This document shows positions 37,694 through 47,761 of a DNA stretch of 64,000 nt, one piece after another. Position 1 is the stretch's first letter. Every line of letters starts with the position of its first letter. The stretch is taken from NCBI GenBank assembly GCA_963792495.1, contig CAWBWB010000005.1, positions 273,747 through 337,746 of the forward strand. The letters run 5' to 3'. Source of the stretch: an uncultured Acidobacteriaceae bacterium. Lineage in GTDB: Bacteria > Acidobacteriota > Terriglobia > Terriglobales > Acidobacteriaceae. Below the pieces are notes generated by a model. That model saw nothing but the letters and a program-made list of their open reading frames with translations, did no database searches and was not told the origin of the DNA. Made by a program: the position numbers and the translations under genes.

Positions 37694-38898
37694 TGCAGCC
37701 GCGGGATCTGACAGAAGCCAGCTTTCAACTGTATCCACCACTCGGACGCAAAGTCGCAGTGGCGCACCTGGGCCTGCTACGTGAGCTGCCGCTTGTGCTG
37801 GACGCAATCCTTCTGCATGAACTGCTGGGATATGACACCAGTTTTCCCGCGGAGCGATCTGCGATTGACGCGCGCTTTACCTATCTTGAAGGGCTTTCGC
37901 CGGATTCGCGTCAAACGCTTACGAGTGGATTTGCCAATCTGAAACTTTCTCCTGGGCTGATGGCAGAGGATTGGGCGCGCTCGCCACGCAAATTTGAAGA
38001 AGATTTGAACGCGCATCTATGGGCTACGCACCAGATGGACGCCTTCCGTTCGGTAGGGGAAGAGTTTGTTCACAAGGTTGTGGACGGAATTCACACGCCG
38101 AATGCCGCCGCTCCGCGGCTGGTTGTGGTGGCAGTTCCCGGCGAGTTGTACAAGCCGGACTACACCATGTTTCGTAAGCTTGTGCCCAACGGTACGCTGT
38201 TCTTGCATGTCGAATCCGCCGGCGGCATGATACCCATCCTCCAACGGCTTGCTCAGCGTGCGGATAAAACGCCGGTGCCTTATGGACATTGGTACATTGA
38301 CGGAGACAAGCCGGAGCGATGCCCCTCGGCGCAGGTATGCAACGTCAGTTGGGCTGCATCGGAGCCGACCCGAACTGCGGTGCTGAATAAAGTTCAATCC
38401 GTGATTGGCAGCGGCTCTGCCGGCCCCGAGATGCTGCGCAGCGTAATGGCCGGATGGGATCATCCCGCGCAGGGTTCAGAGCCCGGAGATCCGCTGCTGG
38501 ATGCATTTGTGCAGCGAGTATACGGAGAAGGCGCGGGTACGCAAATCTTCAGCACCACCTTCGTACAGTGGTCTGCTCGCGAGATATTGAAGCGCGCCGA
38601 GCCCGTAACGCTGGTGGCTCGCTTCGGTGCGCGGCAGCGGCAGCGCAGCATGAATGAGATGTTTGCGGCTTCTGCAACGGAGATGGATTTTGCAGGCTCC
38701 GCTGTCGATGCTGATTTTGCTGCGTATTACACATGGATCAATCTTCAGCGCCTGCCTGGTAAAGAGAAGGCCACATTTATAGCCTGGTCACAACACGATG
38801 GCCGGGCTGTTGCAATCGGTCCGGGATTTCCGAGAGGTGCTGAATCTGCCGGCAATATTTCTATGGAGAAGTTGCTCGGCCTGGTAGCGCAAGGCTGA
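37693..38898 (+). CDS. Hypothetical protein translationally coupled (TGATG) to the preceding gene
   Basis: ~401-aa coherent ORF; overlap at 37691-37695. Confidence 0.8.
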   Translation: MQPRDLTEASFQLYPPLGRKVAVAHLGLLRELPLVLDAILLHELLGYDTSFPAERSAIDARFTYLEGLSPDSRQTLTSGFANLKLSPGLMAEDWARSPRKFEEDLNAHLWATHQMDAFRSVGEEFVHKVVDGIHTPNAAAPRLVVVAVPGELYKPDYTMFRKLVPNGTLFLHVESAGGMIPILQRLAQRADKTPVPYGHWYIDGDKPERCPSAQVCNVSWAASEPTRTAVLNKVQSVIGSGSAGPEMLRSVMAGWDHPAQGSEPGDPLLDAFVQRVYGEGAGTQIFSTTFVQWSAREILKRAEPVTLVARFGARQRQRSMNEMFAASATEMDFAGSAVDADFAAYYTWINLQRLPGKEKATFIAWSQHDGRAVAIGPGFPRGAESAGNISMEKLLGLVAQG

Positions 38899-38901
38899 TG
38901 C

Positions 38902-40302
38902 TCAGTGTGTATCCACAACCAGGGTCGTGATCTGGCTCAACCTGCGATCGCGGTCGTCCAGCTTTTTGGCCCGATACGTCCGATAGAGATCCATCTGCGT
39001 CTCTGCATCTGCCGGACGCTTGACATGCCAGTACGCCTGACCCAGTCTGTAGTGCGCTTCAGCCATTTCGGCATCAAGCTTTACCGCGGCTTCAAGGTGC
39101 GGAATGCTGGGTTCCCATTGACCCTCTTCCTGCAGTAGGAAGCCCATGCGGTAGTGTGCTTCGGCCGATCCTAGATCGGCCGCAATTGCGTTCTCCAGAA
39201 GCGTTCTTTCCGTCTTTTGCCGCTCGTCTGTATGAGCTTCTTTCTCGATCCATGCTGCCGTATGGACGGCGGTGGAAGCATCTTTTGGATGCGCCAGTGC
39301 ATATGGGATCAACATTGCGCATCGCTGTTGCTCTTCCTGTGTTCCGTTGCTGCAGGCCACGCCCAACAGCTGCGCATACAAAACGTTATTGCTGTCTGCC
39401 GTCAGCAGGTCAGCAAATACCTGGATGGCTCGCGGAACGTCCCCATTGCCGAAAGCAGCTACTCCAAGGCCGAGCTTCATGCGTGTGCTCTCCGGGAACT
39501 TGATCGTGGCGGCCTCAAACTCTTTGACTGCGGGTTCAAATGTCCAGTGCCGCAGGAACTCCAGTCCCAGCGTCCAGACATTCTGCTCACTCGGATCCAG
39601 CTGAACGGCGCGTACATAATGTTCTCCCGCGCCGCGAAAATCTCGCGCCTTCTCGTCCAGATCGCCCAGAAGCGATTGTGCCATCGCGGAATGTTCTGAG
39701 TCTGGTATGGCGCTCAACTGTTCCCGTGCCTGCGGAAGTTGTCCAGCATCCATCAACGCTTGCGCGCGTGCCAGTATCAAGTCGGTATCGCCGGGCTTGA
39801 GCGCAATCGCCGCGCGGAAGGCATCCGCTGCACGTGCCGGATCGTGCATCTCCATCTGAAGCCGCCCCAGCGCCTCCTGCGTAGAAGGATTTTGTGGATT
39901 CAAGCGGGCCGCAGTCTCAAATGCTTTGAGAGCCTCTGCGTTACGGTGCAATTTATAGTAGGCCGCTCCAAGATTTGCCTGCGCTACATCCGAGCGCGGG
40001 TCTTCCTGTGCAGCGGCTTGCAGAACCGGTAGCGCCTCGCCGTACTTCTCGCGCGTAACGTAAACCAGTCCGAGTGATTCATCCACAGCAAATATGCCGG
40101 GGTGGTGTGCATGCAGTGAGGCCAGCATGGCTTCCGCTTTATCCAGATCGCCGGCATCCTGTGCGGCCATTGCGGCCTGAAATTCTTTTTCCAGTGCGGC
40201 ACTGCTGCTCTGTGGACCTGCTTGTGCCACAACGCATTGCGCCAGAATGACGGCACTGAATAACAACAAGGCCTTGCCCGCGGCTTGTTTTGCACGTCTC
40301 AT
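38902..40302 (-). CDS. Exported tetratricopeptide-repeat protein
   Basis: Signal peptide; repeated A..NLG.AY / A...LG helices. Confidence 0.88.
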   Translation of the reverse strand: MRRAKQAAGKALLLFSAVILAQCVVAQAGPQSSSAALEKEFQAAMAAQDAGDLDKAEAMLASLHAHHPGIFAVDESLGLVYVTREKYGEALPVLQAAAQEDPRSDVAQANLGAAYYKLHRNAEALKAFETAARLNPQNPSTQEALGRLQMEMHDPARAADAFRAAIALKPGDTDLILARAQALMDAGQLPQAREQLSAIPDSEHSAMAQSLLGDLDEKARDFRGAGEHYVRAVQLDPSEQNVWTLGLEFLRHWTFEPAVKEFEAATIKFPESTRMKLGLGVAAFGNGDVPRAIQVFADLLTADSNNVLYAQLLGVACSNGTQEEQQRCAMLIPYALAHPKDASTAVHTAAWIEKEAHTDERQKTERTLLENAIAADLGSAEAHYRMGFLLQEEGQWEPSIPHLEAAVKLDAEMAEAHYRLGQAYWHVKRPADAETQMDLYRTYRAKKLDDRDRRLSQITTLVVDTH

Positions 40303-40375
40303 AGCATCTCAGCCAGCGTAGATGGCCCGTTTGCCATACTACCGGAGCACTCCTTCATGGAAAGCAATCTCGTCA

Positions 40376-40414
40376 GAAAAAAATTGAGGAGATCCGCTTT
40401 TCGGATCTCCTCAA
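40376..40414 (-). terminator. Intrinsic terminator after the TonB receptor gene
   Basis: TTGAGGAGATCCG / CGGATCTCCTCAA stem followed on the minus strand by a T8 run. Confidence 0.85.
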
Positions 40415-40462
40415 AGGAGACGTATGTTCAGTAGATTATTTTTTTAACTATCTCGGTCAGGT

Positions 40463-43400
40463 CTAGAAGGCATACCTGAGTGCAAGCTGGAAGAAGCGCG
40501 AGTCAGGAGCCAGATGCTGCAGGTTTCGCGGACCCGTAATGGCGCCGCCCTGACTGTTGATGTTGGTGCTGCTCGGTTGGCCGAGTGATGGCGTGTTCAA
40601 CACGTTGAAGCCGTCAGCCCGGAACTGCAATGTGTGTTCACGGAAGAGATGAAAGTCCTTGAAGACCGACATATTCAGCCGCTGATATCCAGGACCCACA
40701 ACATCGTCGCGCTTCCCGCCAAGGTATCCGAGAACGGAGTGCAGATCGGTTACATACACGGGCATGGTGGCCCCGGTTGCTTCCGCATCGGCTGCGCTCT
40801 TGGGGATATAGTGATTCAGTTCGTATGTGGTGTCGTTCGTATTCCACGGGTTGATGAACGAGCATGAGTTAAACCAGTGGGCACGATTGCGCGTTTTCTG
40901 TGCGCAGTCTACGCTGGCGGCAAGGCTTGGATCCGGAGCAGAGAACGACCCACCCGATGCAAACGGGTCCTTTACCTTGATAGCCCGCGTGCCGCCGTTG
41001 TTCGGACCGCTGATGCCGGATGGATACACCGTGAACGGGTTACCGCTCTGTGCTACCCAGGTGGCATTCATGCTCCAGCCGCCAATGATGATATCTGCAA
41101 ACGTGTTGGAGTTGGCCCACTTGCGCCCTCTGCCAAACGGGAGATCATAGTTGCCGGTAAAAGTGAAACGGTGGCGGGTGTCATAGCCTGGCTCAGCGTA
41201 GTCCATGCTGATCGGCACCAGCGTGGACTGCCTGTATCCGCCGTCTCCGGTGGTGCCCAGTGGTGTGGGAGCATCATCGAAAGCATGGCTGTAAGTGTAC
41301 GTTGCCAGGAAGCTGGTTCCGCTTGAGAACCGCTTCTCCATTTTCGTCTGCAGTGAGTTGTAGTTGCTGCTACCGGCATAGGCAGTGTAGGACGACCCAC
41401 CGAAATGCGGCAGCGGCCGTGAATTCTGTGAGCTGTTGCTGGGGTTCTGCAGGGCCAGCGGATTGTTGGGATCCGGGAAGACCTGCAGGTGACGCGACAC
41501 GTTGCCAACATAGCTTATGGTGGCCACCATGTTGTTGCCGATACCGCGTTCAACGGAAAGGTTGTAGTCCTGCGTATACGGGGTCTTGGCATTTTGATCG
41601 GAACCGCGCAACGTCAGGTTCGTCACGTTGCTGGCGAAGCCATTCGCAATGATGGTTGCAAATCCATTCCCAATGGTGATTCCATCTGTGGGGCAGCTGT
41701 AGGTTCCGCAACTGGCGGAAGGGAAGTTGCCTACATATTGGAATGGATAGTTCTCGCCAAGGTTGGGATAGTATCCAGTGCTTTCAAGACCGCCGAAGAA
41801 CATGCCGTAGCCGGCACGGATGGCGGTTTTGTCATTGATCGAATACGCAATGCCTACGCGCGGAGCAAAGTTTCCCTTCTGTCCGTTAATGAGGCGGTCG
41901 TTGTCGGTCCACACAAGCTTCACGTTGTCTTCCGCCAGCACATCTCCAAAGTTTGGATCGTAGCTTGTGCTGTTGATGATCGGATTGGCATAGTCGTACG
42001 ATTCTTTGGGTACGAGATACTGCGCAGAGCCGCTGCCATAGCCAGTCGTGGTGTTCAGAGATGCCGGCCCCGTCATGTTGTAGGCTGCCTGTGCCCCGCC
42101 CACATCCTTGTACGGCTGGAAATACTCCCACCGGATTCCAAGATTGAACGTGAGCTTGGATGTTGCGCGCCAGTCGTCTTGTATATAGGCAGCATCATCC
42201 CAGCGAGCATCCCCGTTGGTGACTTCGTTGGACAGGCCCGCGCTGTTCTGCGAATCCAGCAGGAAGTCCGCAACGCCGTAGCCGGTGTTTGGCGCATTCA
42301 GATTGCTGGTGTATACGCCGTTATAGGTGTACGTTCCGCGAGACTGCTGCGGTTGCAGTGTGGAGAAGCGGAGGCTCTGGAAGCTGACACCTGCTTTCAG
42401 AGCATGGTTGCCCGCGATCTTCGTTACGTTGTCCAGGATCTGATACACATTCTCATGCTCGTCCGTTGTGGACCAGGTAGGGCTGCCGAAGTTCGAGATT
42501 CCACTGAGCGTGACGTTCGGTAAGCCGCCATTCAGAGGGGCCTGGGGAATGCCGCCGAAGCCGACCGATGCAGCAAAGTCAAGATTCGAGGCATTCGGGT
42601 GTTTGAACCCTGTATGCAGGTAGTTGAAGCCGAGACGAAACTCATTGGTCAGCGAGGGAGTGAAAACATGCGTTTCGCTGAACATGAAGTTTTCGCCAAG
42701 GTTCTTCTGCGTGCCGTCGTCACCAAATCCGCCGCCGTCCAGAATGTTGCCCAGCGGTGGCGTATAGAAGCCCATTTGATTCCAGTAGCTGAAGCGTGAG
42801 TAAGCGGTGTCCTTCGCGCCGATGCTCCAATCCACACGCGCATCCCACTGGAAGGTGTTATCGACTGCAGGCCGTTGCACCACGTAGTTGTTGTAGAGCA
42901 GACCGCCGTTTGTGTTCGGCATCGGGTACTCGTTCAACACTGCCAGAGCTGTCGCATTCAGCGGTGCTCCGGCAACGTTGCTGGTACATGATGAGCTTGT
43001 GACAAGGCAGTTATTGGTGTACGCCACCGGAGCCGCCTCGGAGGACTGATGATACAGCTGCACCGGAGAATTGCCCGTCAGGCTCCCGTTCAGGATCTCT
43101 GAAAAATCTCCCGCGCGCTCCAGCGCAGTTGGAACCGTGTACGTGCCGGTTTCATTAAAGCTCACGCGATTCGCCTGCGCGTCGCCAAAAAAGAACAGCT
43201 TGTTGCGGAAGATCGGTAGGCCCAGCGTCGCGCCAAACTGGTTCTCGTGATACGGCGGTACGGGCTGACCTTCGTTGTTCCAATCGTGAATGTCAAAGGC
43301 AGTATTGCGCATGTACTCCCACGCGCTGCCATGCAGATGATTGGTTCCCGCCTTCAGGCTGGCGTTCACCACCGCGCCTGCGGAATGCCCGAATTCCGCC

Positions 43401-44095
43401 GAGTAGTTGCTTGTCTGCACCTTGAACTCAGCCAGTGCGTCCGGCGGCGGCTGCGCCACATAACTTGCGCCGTTATAGAAATCCACCACGTTGGCGTTGT
43501 TATCCACGCCGTCGAGAATGAAATTATTCTGCTCTGCGCGCAGGCCATTCGCATTGAAATCGCCTTTGCCCTGGCCGCGAGAGCCCTCAGGCGGCACCGC
43601 GCCTGCGGACAGTTGCGCCATGTAGACCCAGTTACGACTGGCCAATGGCACGCTGTCGATCGTCTTTGTGTCTACGACCTGGCCCACTGAGCTTTCCTGT
43701 GTTTGAATCAGCGGCGGCACGTCGGTGATCGTAATCGTTTGTGTTTCTGCACCGGGCTTCAACTCCACGTTGATGCTCAGCCGTTCCTGCAGGTTCAGCG
43801 TTAGATTTGTCTGGGTTGTATTTTGAAAGCCTGTTGCGCTCACAGAGATGCTGTAGTGACCGATCTTCACTGGCGAAAAAATATAGATGCCAGCGCCATC
43901 GCTCTGTGTCTTCAGTACAAGACCTTCATCAATGTTTGTGAGCGTCACATTGGCCTTTGCGATCACTGCACCGCTGGGATCCTGAATCACACCCGTAATC
44001 GTTCCCTGATCGGTCTGGCCGATCAGGTGATGAGCGGATACAAGCAGGAACACGAGCATCAGTGCAGTGGGCATCCAACGGGGGTGGAATTTCAT
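40463..44095 (-). CDS. TonB-dependent receptor (Oar-type)
   Basis: VPLASRNW, DALAEFKVQ, ENQFGATLG, C-terminal SRFFQLALRYAF. Confidence 0.93.
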   Translation of the reverse strand: MKFHPRWMPTALMLVFLLVSAHHLIGQTDQGTITGVIQDPSGAVIAKANVTLTNIDEGLVLKTQSDGAGIYIFSPVKIGHYSISVSATGFQNTTQTNLTLNLQERLSINVELKPGAETQTITITDVPPLIQTQESSVGQVVDTKTIDSVPLASRNWVYMAQLSAGAVPPEGSRGQGKGDFNANGLRAEQNNFILDGVDNNANVVDFYNGASYVAQPPPDALAEFKVQTSNYSAEFGHSAGAVVNASLKAGTNHLHGSAWEYMRNTAFDIHDWNNEGQPVPPYHENQFGATLGLPIFRNKLFFFGDAQANRVSFNETGTYTVPTALERAGDFSEILNGSLTGNSPVQLYHQSSEAAPVAYTNNCLVTSSSCTSNVAGAPLNATALAVLNEYPMPNTNGGLLYNNYVVQRPAVDNTFQWDARVDWSIGAKDTAYSRFSYWNQMGFYTPPLGNILDGGGFGDDGTQKNLGENFMFSETHVFTPSLTNEFRLGFNYLHTGFKHPNASNLDFAASVGFGGIPQAPLNGGLPNVTLSGISNFGSPTWSTTDEHENVYQILDNVTKIAGNHALKAGVSFQSLRFSTLQPQQSRGTYTYNGVYTSNLNAPNTGYGVADFLLDSQNSAGLSNEVTNGDARWDDAAYIQDDWRATSKLTFNLGIRWEYFQPYKDVGGAQAAYNMTGPASLNTTTGYGSGSAQYLVPKESYDYANPIINSTSYDPNFGDVLAEDNVKLVWTDNDRLINGQKGNFAPRVGIAYSINDKTAIRAGYGMFFGGLESTGYYPNLGENYPFQYVGNFPSASCGTYSCPTDGITIGNGFATIIANGFASNVTNLTLRGSDQNAKTPYTQDYNLSVERGIGNNMVATISYVGNVSRHLQVFPDPNNPLALQNPSNSSQNSRPLPHFGGSSYTAYAGSSNYNSLQTKMEKRFSSGTSFLATYTYSHAFDDAPTPLGTTGDGGYRQSTLVPISMDYAEPGYDTRHRFTFTGNYDLPFGRGRKWANSNTFADIIIGGWSMNATWVAQSGNPFTVYPSGISGPNNGGTRAIKVKDPFASGGSFSAPDPSLAASVDCAQKTRNRAHWFNSCSFINPWNTNDTTYELNHYIPKSAADAEATGATMPVYVTDLHSVLGYLGGKRDDVVGPGYQRLNMSVFKDFHLFREHTLQFRADGFNVLNTPSLGQPSSTNINSQGGAITGPRNLQHLAPDSRFFQLALRYAF

Positions 44096-44221
44096 AACTT
44101 TCCTCCAAAATGCGTTCGTTGAAACCTATGCTTATCCTTGTTTTTGAGAGCTGGAATCTATGCTTCCCTCGAATTTGCTGCACATTCCTTCAGGCCAGTT
44201 ACGCAAAGCTGCGCTCTGAAC

Positions 44222-44237
44222 TGTATACGAATACATT
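44222..44237. promoter_or_regulatory. Probable LacI-family operator (copy 1)
   Basis: TGTATACGAATACATT matches the reverse complement of the 46056 site. Confidence 0.7.
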
Positions 44238-44434
44238 CGATTGGATTCTTCGACCTCGCTGCGAAACACTACGCCGGGTTTGTAAACGTTGTCAATCAAA
44301 AAATCATGCTTCTTTAGATCGCCCGCGAGGACGTGATAACCAACGCTTATTCTTTGAGATAAGCAGGGGCACACTCCTCCCGGACTTCAGGGGAGAACAT
44401 CAAAATGAACCGGGAGGACAGGTGGAAATCCCGG

Positions 44435-46039
44435 TCAAAACTGTCCCATGACTACGTGAACAACCTTTGGTTTTGTATACAAACAAATCCCTCGGTCTGT
44501 TTCGTCGCCATTCAAGAGCCGGGCAGACTTCCATGCGTCGTTGTCATAAGCGCCCTCATCCGCGGTTACAATTTCGCTTCGCATCCAGGCTTTCTTTCCC
44601 GCCAGATGGAAAGTGATGCTGGCATCGAACCCGGTTACCAGGAACTCGTTTGGGCCGAGCTGTGCAACGAGTGCCACTCCATGCAGGTCTTTCGTTCCGG
44701 GAGGCCTCAACCCATCCCGCTGAGGAAAGCCGAAGGCCACAGTCGCCTGCCAATTGCCAAAGTCGAGCTCCTGTGAGGCTTGTCCGTTCTCTTCGATCGC
44801 CGTCTTTAACTTGCCGTCGAATTCAAGCTGCGCAATCTGTCGCTGCATGGGTGCCAGAAGGGCATAGTTTCTTGCATGCATGCTCCATGGTTCATCGCCT
44901 AAAATGTTCCAGCCGGACTGATCCACCCCGAATGGAGAGAACCCGATGGCGCCCCTGCCTAGAGAGGCAAACAGGAACTTTGCATAGCTGTCTCCGCGCC
45001 CCGTTTCTGGAATCCATAACGGATTGTCCGGCCTCTGATAGGTCGCCAGCAGATCGAGGTAAAGTCCGCTGTCATCGGAATAAATATCCGGCCCGATCAT
45101 GTCGATGGAAGGTGCAAGCGCTCTCCATAACCCAACCAGTTTTTGCACCGCTCCACCGCTGGGATACCCGATTCCCGGCAGCGAAATCTGCCGCTGAGAG
45201 AGCTGCGCTACGGGGTAGTCGAACCAGACATTGATGTAGTAAGGAATCGCAAACTCGGCCTTACCTGCGGCGGTAATCTCGTTGATGTACTTCGCCTGGT
45301 AGTACATCTGGAAGAGCTCATCCGCATCGCCGCCAAATACCTCGCGCCATGTACCAGCCTGCTTGTGTGCCGCCGAAACCAGATCCGATGGTGCAGCACC
45401 GGCAATGAGACGATTTGCTTCAGCCGAGTTGTCGCGCACGCTGCCAATGTTGCCCGACTCGTTTTCCACTTGAATCAACAGAACGGTATGCTGCTCGCCA
45501 TCGATCTGTTTCAGATGCCGCATCAAAGTCACGAATGCTTTTTTGTCGGCGTCGAGCGTGTTGCGGCCAAGTGGTGAAAGCACATCAATCGGCTCTCCGT
45601 CCGGCCGAATCACGCGAGGAAACCGTTTCGTATCACCCTTCACCCACGCGGGCGAATAGTGATTATTGCCGTTCTTCCAGGTGCCAAACCAAAGCACAAT
45701 CAAATGCAGATTGTGCGCGCGCGCGCCCTCTACCAACTGGTCTACATTGCTATAGTCGAACCGGCCCTCTTCAGGCTCAAATTGCTCCCAGTACACCGGA
45801 GCTGCCACGGTATTCGCATGGAGCGCCGCCATGGACTGCCATACCTGCGGCAACTCGCTTGGCCACGCGCTTGAGTTATGAATCTGTCCGCCAAGAATCA
45901 GATAGGGGCGGCCATCCACCATAAGGGCGTAGCGGCCATCTTTCTTCACAATCTTTGGGGCGTCGCCGGCAAGCAGGCCTGGAACGCCTGCGATAAGGAA
46001 TACGGCGACACAACAGCACATACGGAACATGAATTGCAT
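44435..46039 (-). CDS. GH35-family glycosidase with DUF5597-like C-domain (beta-galactosidase-like)
   Basis: GGQIHNSSAW, LWFGTWKNG, QVENE (acid/base), WIPETG (nucleophile). Confidence 0.88.
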   Translation of the reverse strand: MQFMFRMCCCVAVFLIAGVPGLLAGDAPKIVKKDGRYALMVDGRPYLILGGQIHNSSAWPSELPQVWQSMAALHANTVAAPVYWEQFEPEEGRFDYSNVDQLVEGARAHNLHLIVLWFGTWKNGNNHYSPAWVKGDTKRFPRVIRPDGEPIDVLSPLGRNTLDADKKAFVTLMRHLKQIDGEQHTVLLIQVENESGNIGSVRDNSAEANRLIAGAAPSDLVSAAHKQAGTWREVFGGDADELFQMYYQAKYINEITAAGKAEFAIPYYINVWFDYPVAQLSQRQISLPGIGYPSGGAVQKLVGLWRALAPSIDMIGPDIYSDDSGLYLDLLATYQRPDNPLWIPETGRGDSYAKFLFASLGRGAIGFSPFGVDQSGWNILGDEPWSMHARNYALLAPMQRQIAQLEFDGKLKTAIEENGQASQELDFGNWQATVAFGFPQRDGLRPPGTKDLHGVALVAQLGPNEFLVTGFDASITFHLAGKKAWMRSEIVTADEGAYDNDAWKSARLLNGDETDRGICLYTKPKVVHVVMGQF

Positions 46040-46055
46040 TCCTGCACCTCGTCAA

Positions 46056-46073
46056 AATGTATTCGTATACATT
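46056..46073. promoter_or_regulatory. Probable LacI-family operator (copy 2)
   Basis: AATGTATTCGTATACATT, CG-centred near-palindrome between divergent GH35 and SSS genes. Confidence 0.75.
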
Positions 46074-46165
46074 ACGCTGCGCAAGAGTACATAAAATGCC
46101 TGCAAATGGGCAAGTGCTAGAATTCATTTTTTCAATCGAGTAAAGAAAGTCTATGCACGAAATCT

Positions 46166-47761
46166 ATGTCAGTCCCTTTCAGACACTCTTCCTCTGACCT
46201 GGGAATCATCATTATTCCCATCTACTTGTGCATCACAGTGTTGATAGGGTTCGTATCCCGTCGTCGCGTCAAGGGCTCCAATGACTTTCTCAACGCAACA
46301 GGCTCACAACCCTTCTGGATCGTAGCGGCGGCTTTCTTTTCGTCCAACTGTGGCGCGCTTGAAATCATCGGGCTCAGTGCCGTGGCCGCGCAGTATGGAG
46401 CGCAGGCTTTCCATTTTTACTGGATTGGCGCCATTCCCAGCATGATTTTTCTCTCGGCAGTGATGATGCCGATCTACATGAACTGCGGCGTTCATAGCCT
46501 GCCGGAGTATCTTGAGCGGCGTTACAGCCCGCGTCTTCGCCTCATCAATGCGTGGCTCATTCTTCTCACCGTGCTCGCGGTATCGGGCATCGGCGTATAC
46601 GCCATGGCCCAGGTATTGCACGTCATCTTCCAGTGGCCGTTTACCGGCGGTGCATGGCTTGCTGCATTGGTGGTGTTGATTTACGTCCTGCTTGGAGGCC
46701 TTCGAGCCACGCTTTACAACGAGGTCTTTCAGCTTCTCATCATTGTGCTCGGCTTGCTGCCGCTTATGTGGCGAGTTCCCATAGCGGCTCATCTCAGGGC
46801 ATCTCTGTCGGACCCTCACTGGCATCTTTGGAGAGATCTGCCGGCTTTCTCACCAGCCGCTCCGCTGGATCTCTTCGGCGTAATTGTAGGGCTCGCATTT
46901 GTGCTCAGCACAAACTATTGGTGTACTGATTTTGTTCAGATCCAGCGAGCACTCACAGCGCGGACATTGGATGCGGGGCGAATGGTTCCGCTCGCAGCAG
47001 GATTTGGCAAGCTCGGTTTTTCACTGCTGGTAGTTCTGCCCGCGCTTGGTGCCACAAGCGTTCTGGGCGCTCACGCACCTGTCTCCTACGACCAGACGCT
47101 TCCTGCTCTCATGGCCGCATCGTACGGCCCATGGCTGCTGGGGCTTGGGCTCACAGCTCTCCTGGCCAGCCTCATGTCGGGCTTGGCTGCGAACGTCTCC
47201 GCCTTCGCTTCCTTGTGGACGGAAGAAATCTATCGCACCTCGCTGCGTCGCAACGCAACAGAAGCGCACTACATGCGCGTCAGCCGCATCGCAATCTTTG
47301 TCGCAGTCATCCTCGGTGTAGGCACGTCCTATCTGGCCTTCTCCTTTCGCGATCTCATGGAGATGGTGCAGATGGTTTTTTCGCTCTTTGGCGCGCCGTT
47401 TCTCGCGGTTCTTCTCCTGGGCTTCTTTTCACGACGTGCCACCACAGTTGGAGTCACAGCAGGACTGATCTGCGGCGTCTTCACTGCCGCATTATTTCAA
47501 TTGCTCGTCTTCCTGAACTGTTTTTCCTACGGCTCCCAAATGAGCGCTAATTTTCACTCCGCAGTGTGCGCATTTGTGGCATCGCTGGGCATCGGCTTTT
47601 TCTTCAGCCGGGAGAAAGAGCGCAAAGGCGAAGATCAATTGCGAGGGCTCGTATATGGCGCGAGAGACATTCGCCGCCTGCTTCCGGCCTCGCCGCTCTG
47701 GTGGATTCTCGCATGCACGCTGATCGGTGTCTGCGCCGCGCTGAATTACTTCTGGTATTGA
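46166..47761 (+). CDS. Sodium:solute symporter-family transporter
   Basis: HFYWIGAIP, SLPEYLERRY, YVLLGGLRA, VQIQRAL. Confidence 0.92.
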   Translation: MSVPFRHSSSDLGIIIIPIYLCITVLIGFVSRRRVKGSNDFLNATGSQPFWIVAAAFFSSNCGALEIIGLSAVAAQYGAQAFHFYWIGAIPSMIFLSAVMMPIYMNCGVHSLPEYLERRYSPRLRLINAWLILLTVLAVSGIGVYAMAQVLHVIFQWPFTGGAWLAALVVLIYVLLGGLRATLYNEVFQLLIIVLGLLPLMWRVPIAAHLRASLSDPHWHLWRDLPAFSPAAPLDLFGVIVGLAFVLSTNYWCTDFVQIQRALTARTLDAGRMVPLAAGFGKLGFSLLVVLPALGATSVLGAHAPVSYDQTLPALMAASYGPWLLGLGLTALLASLMSGLAANVSAFASLWTEEIYRTSLRRNATEAHYMRVSRIAIFVAVILGVGTSYLAFSFRDLMEMVQMVFSLFGAPFLAVLLLGFFSRRATTVGVTAGLICGVFTAALFQLLVFLNCFSYGSQMSANFHSAVCAFVASLGIGFFFSREKERKGEDQLRGLVYGARDIRRLLPASPLWWILACTLIGVCAALNYFWY

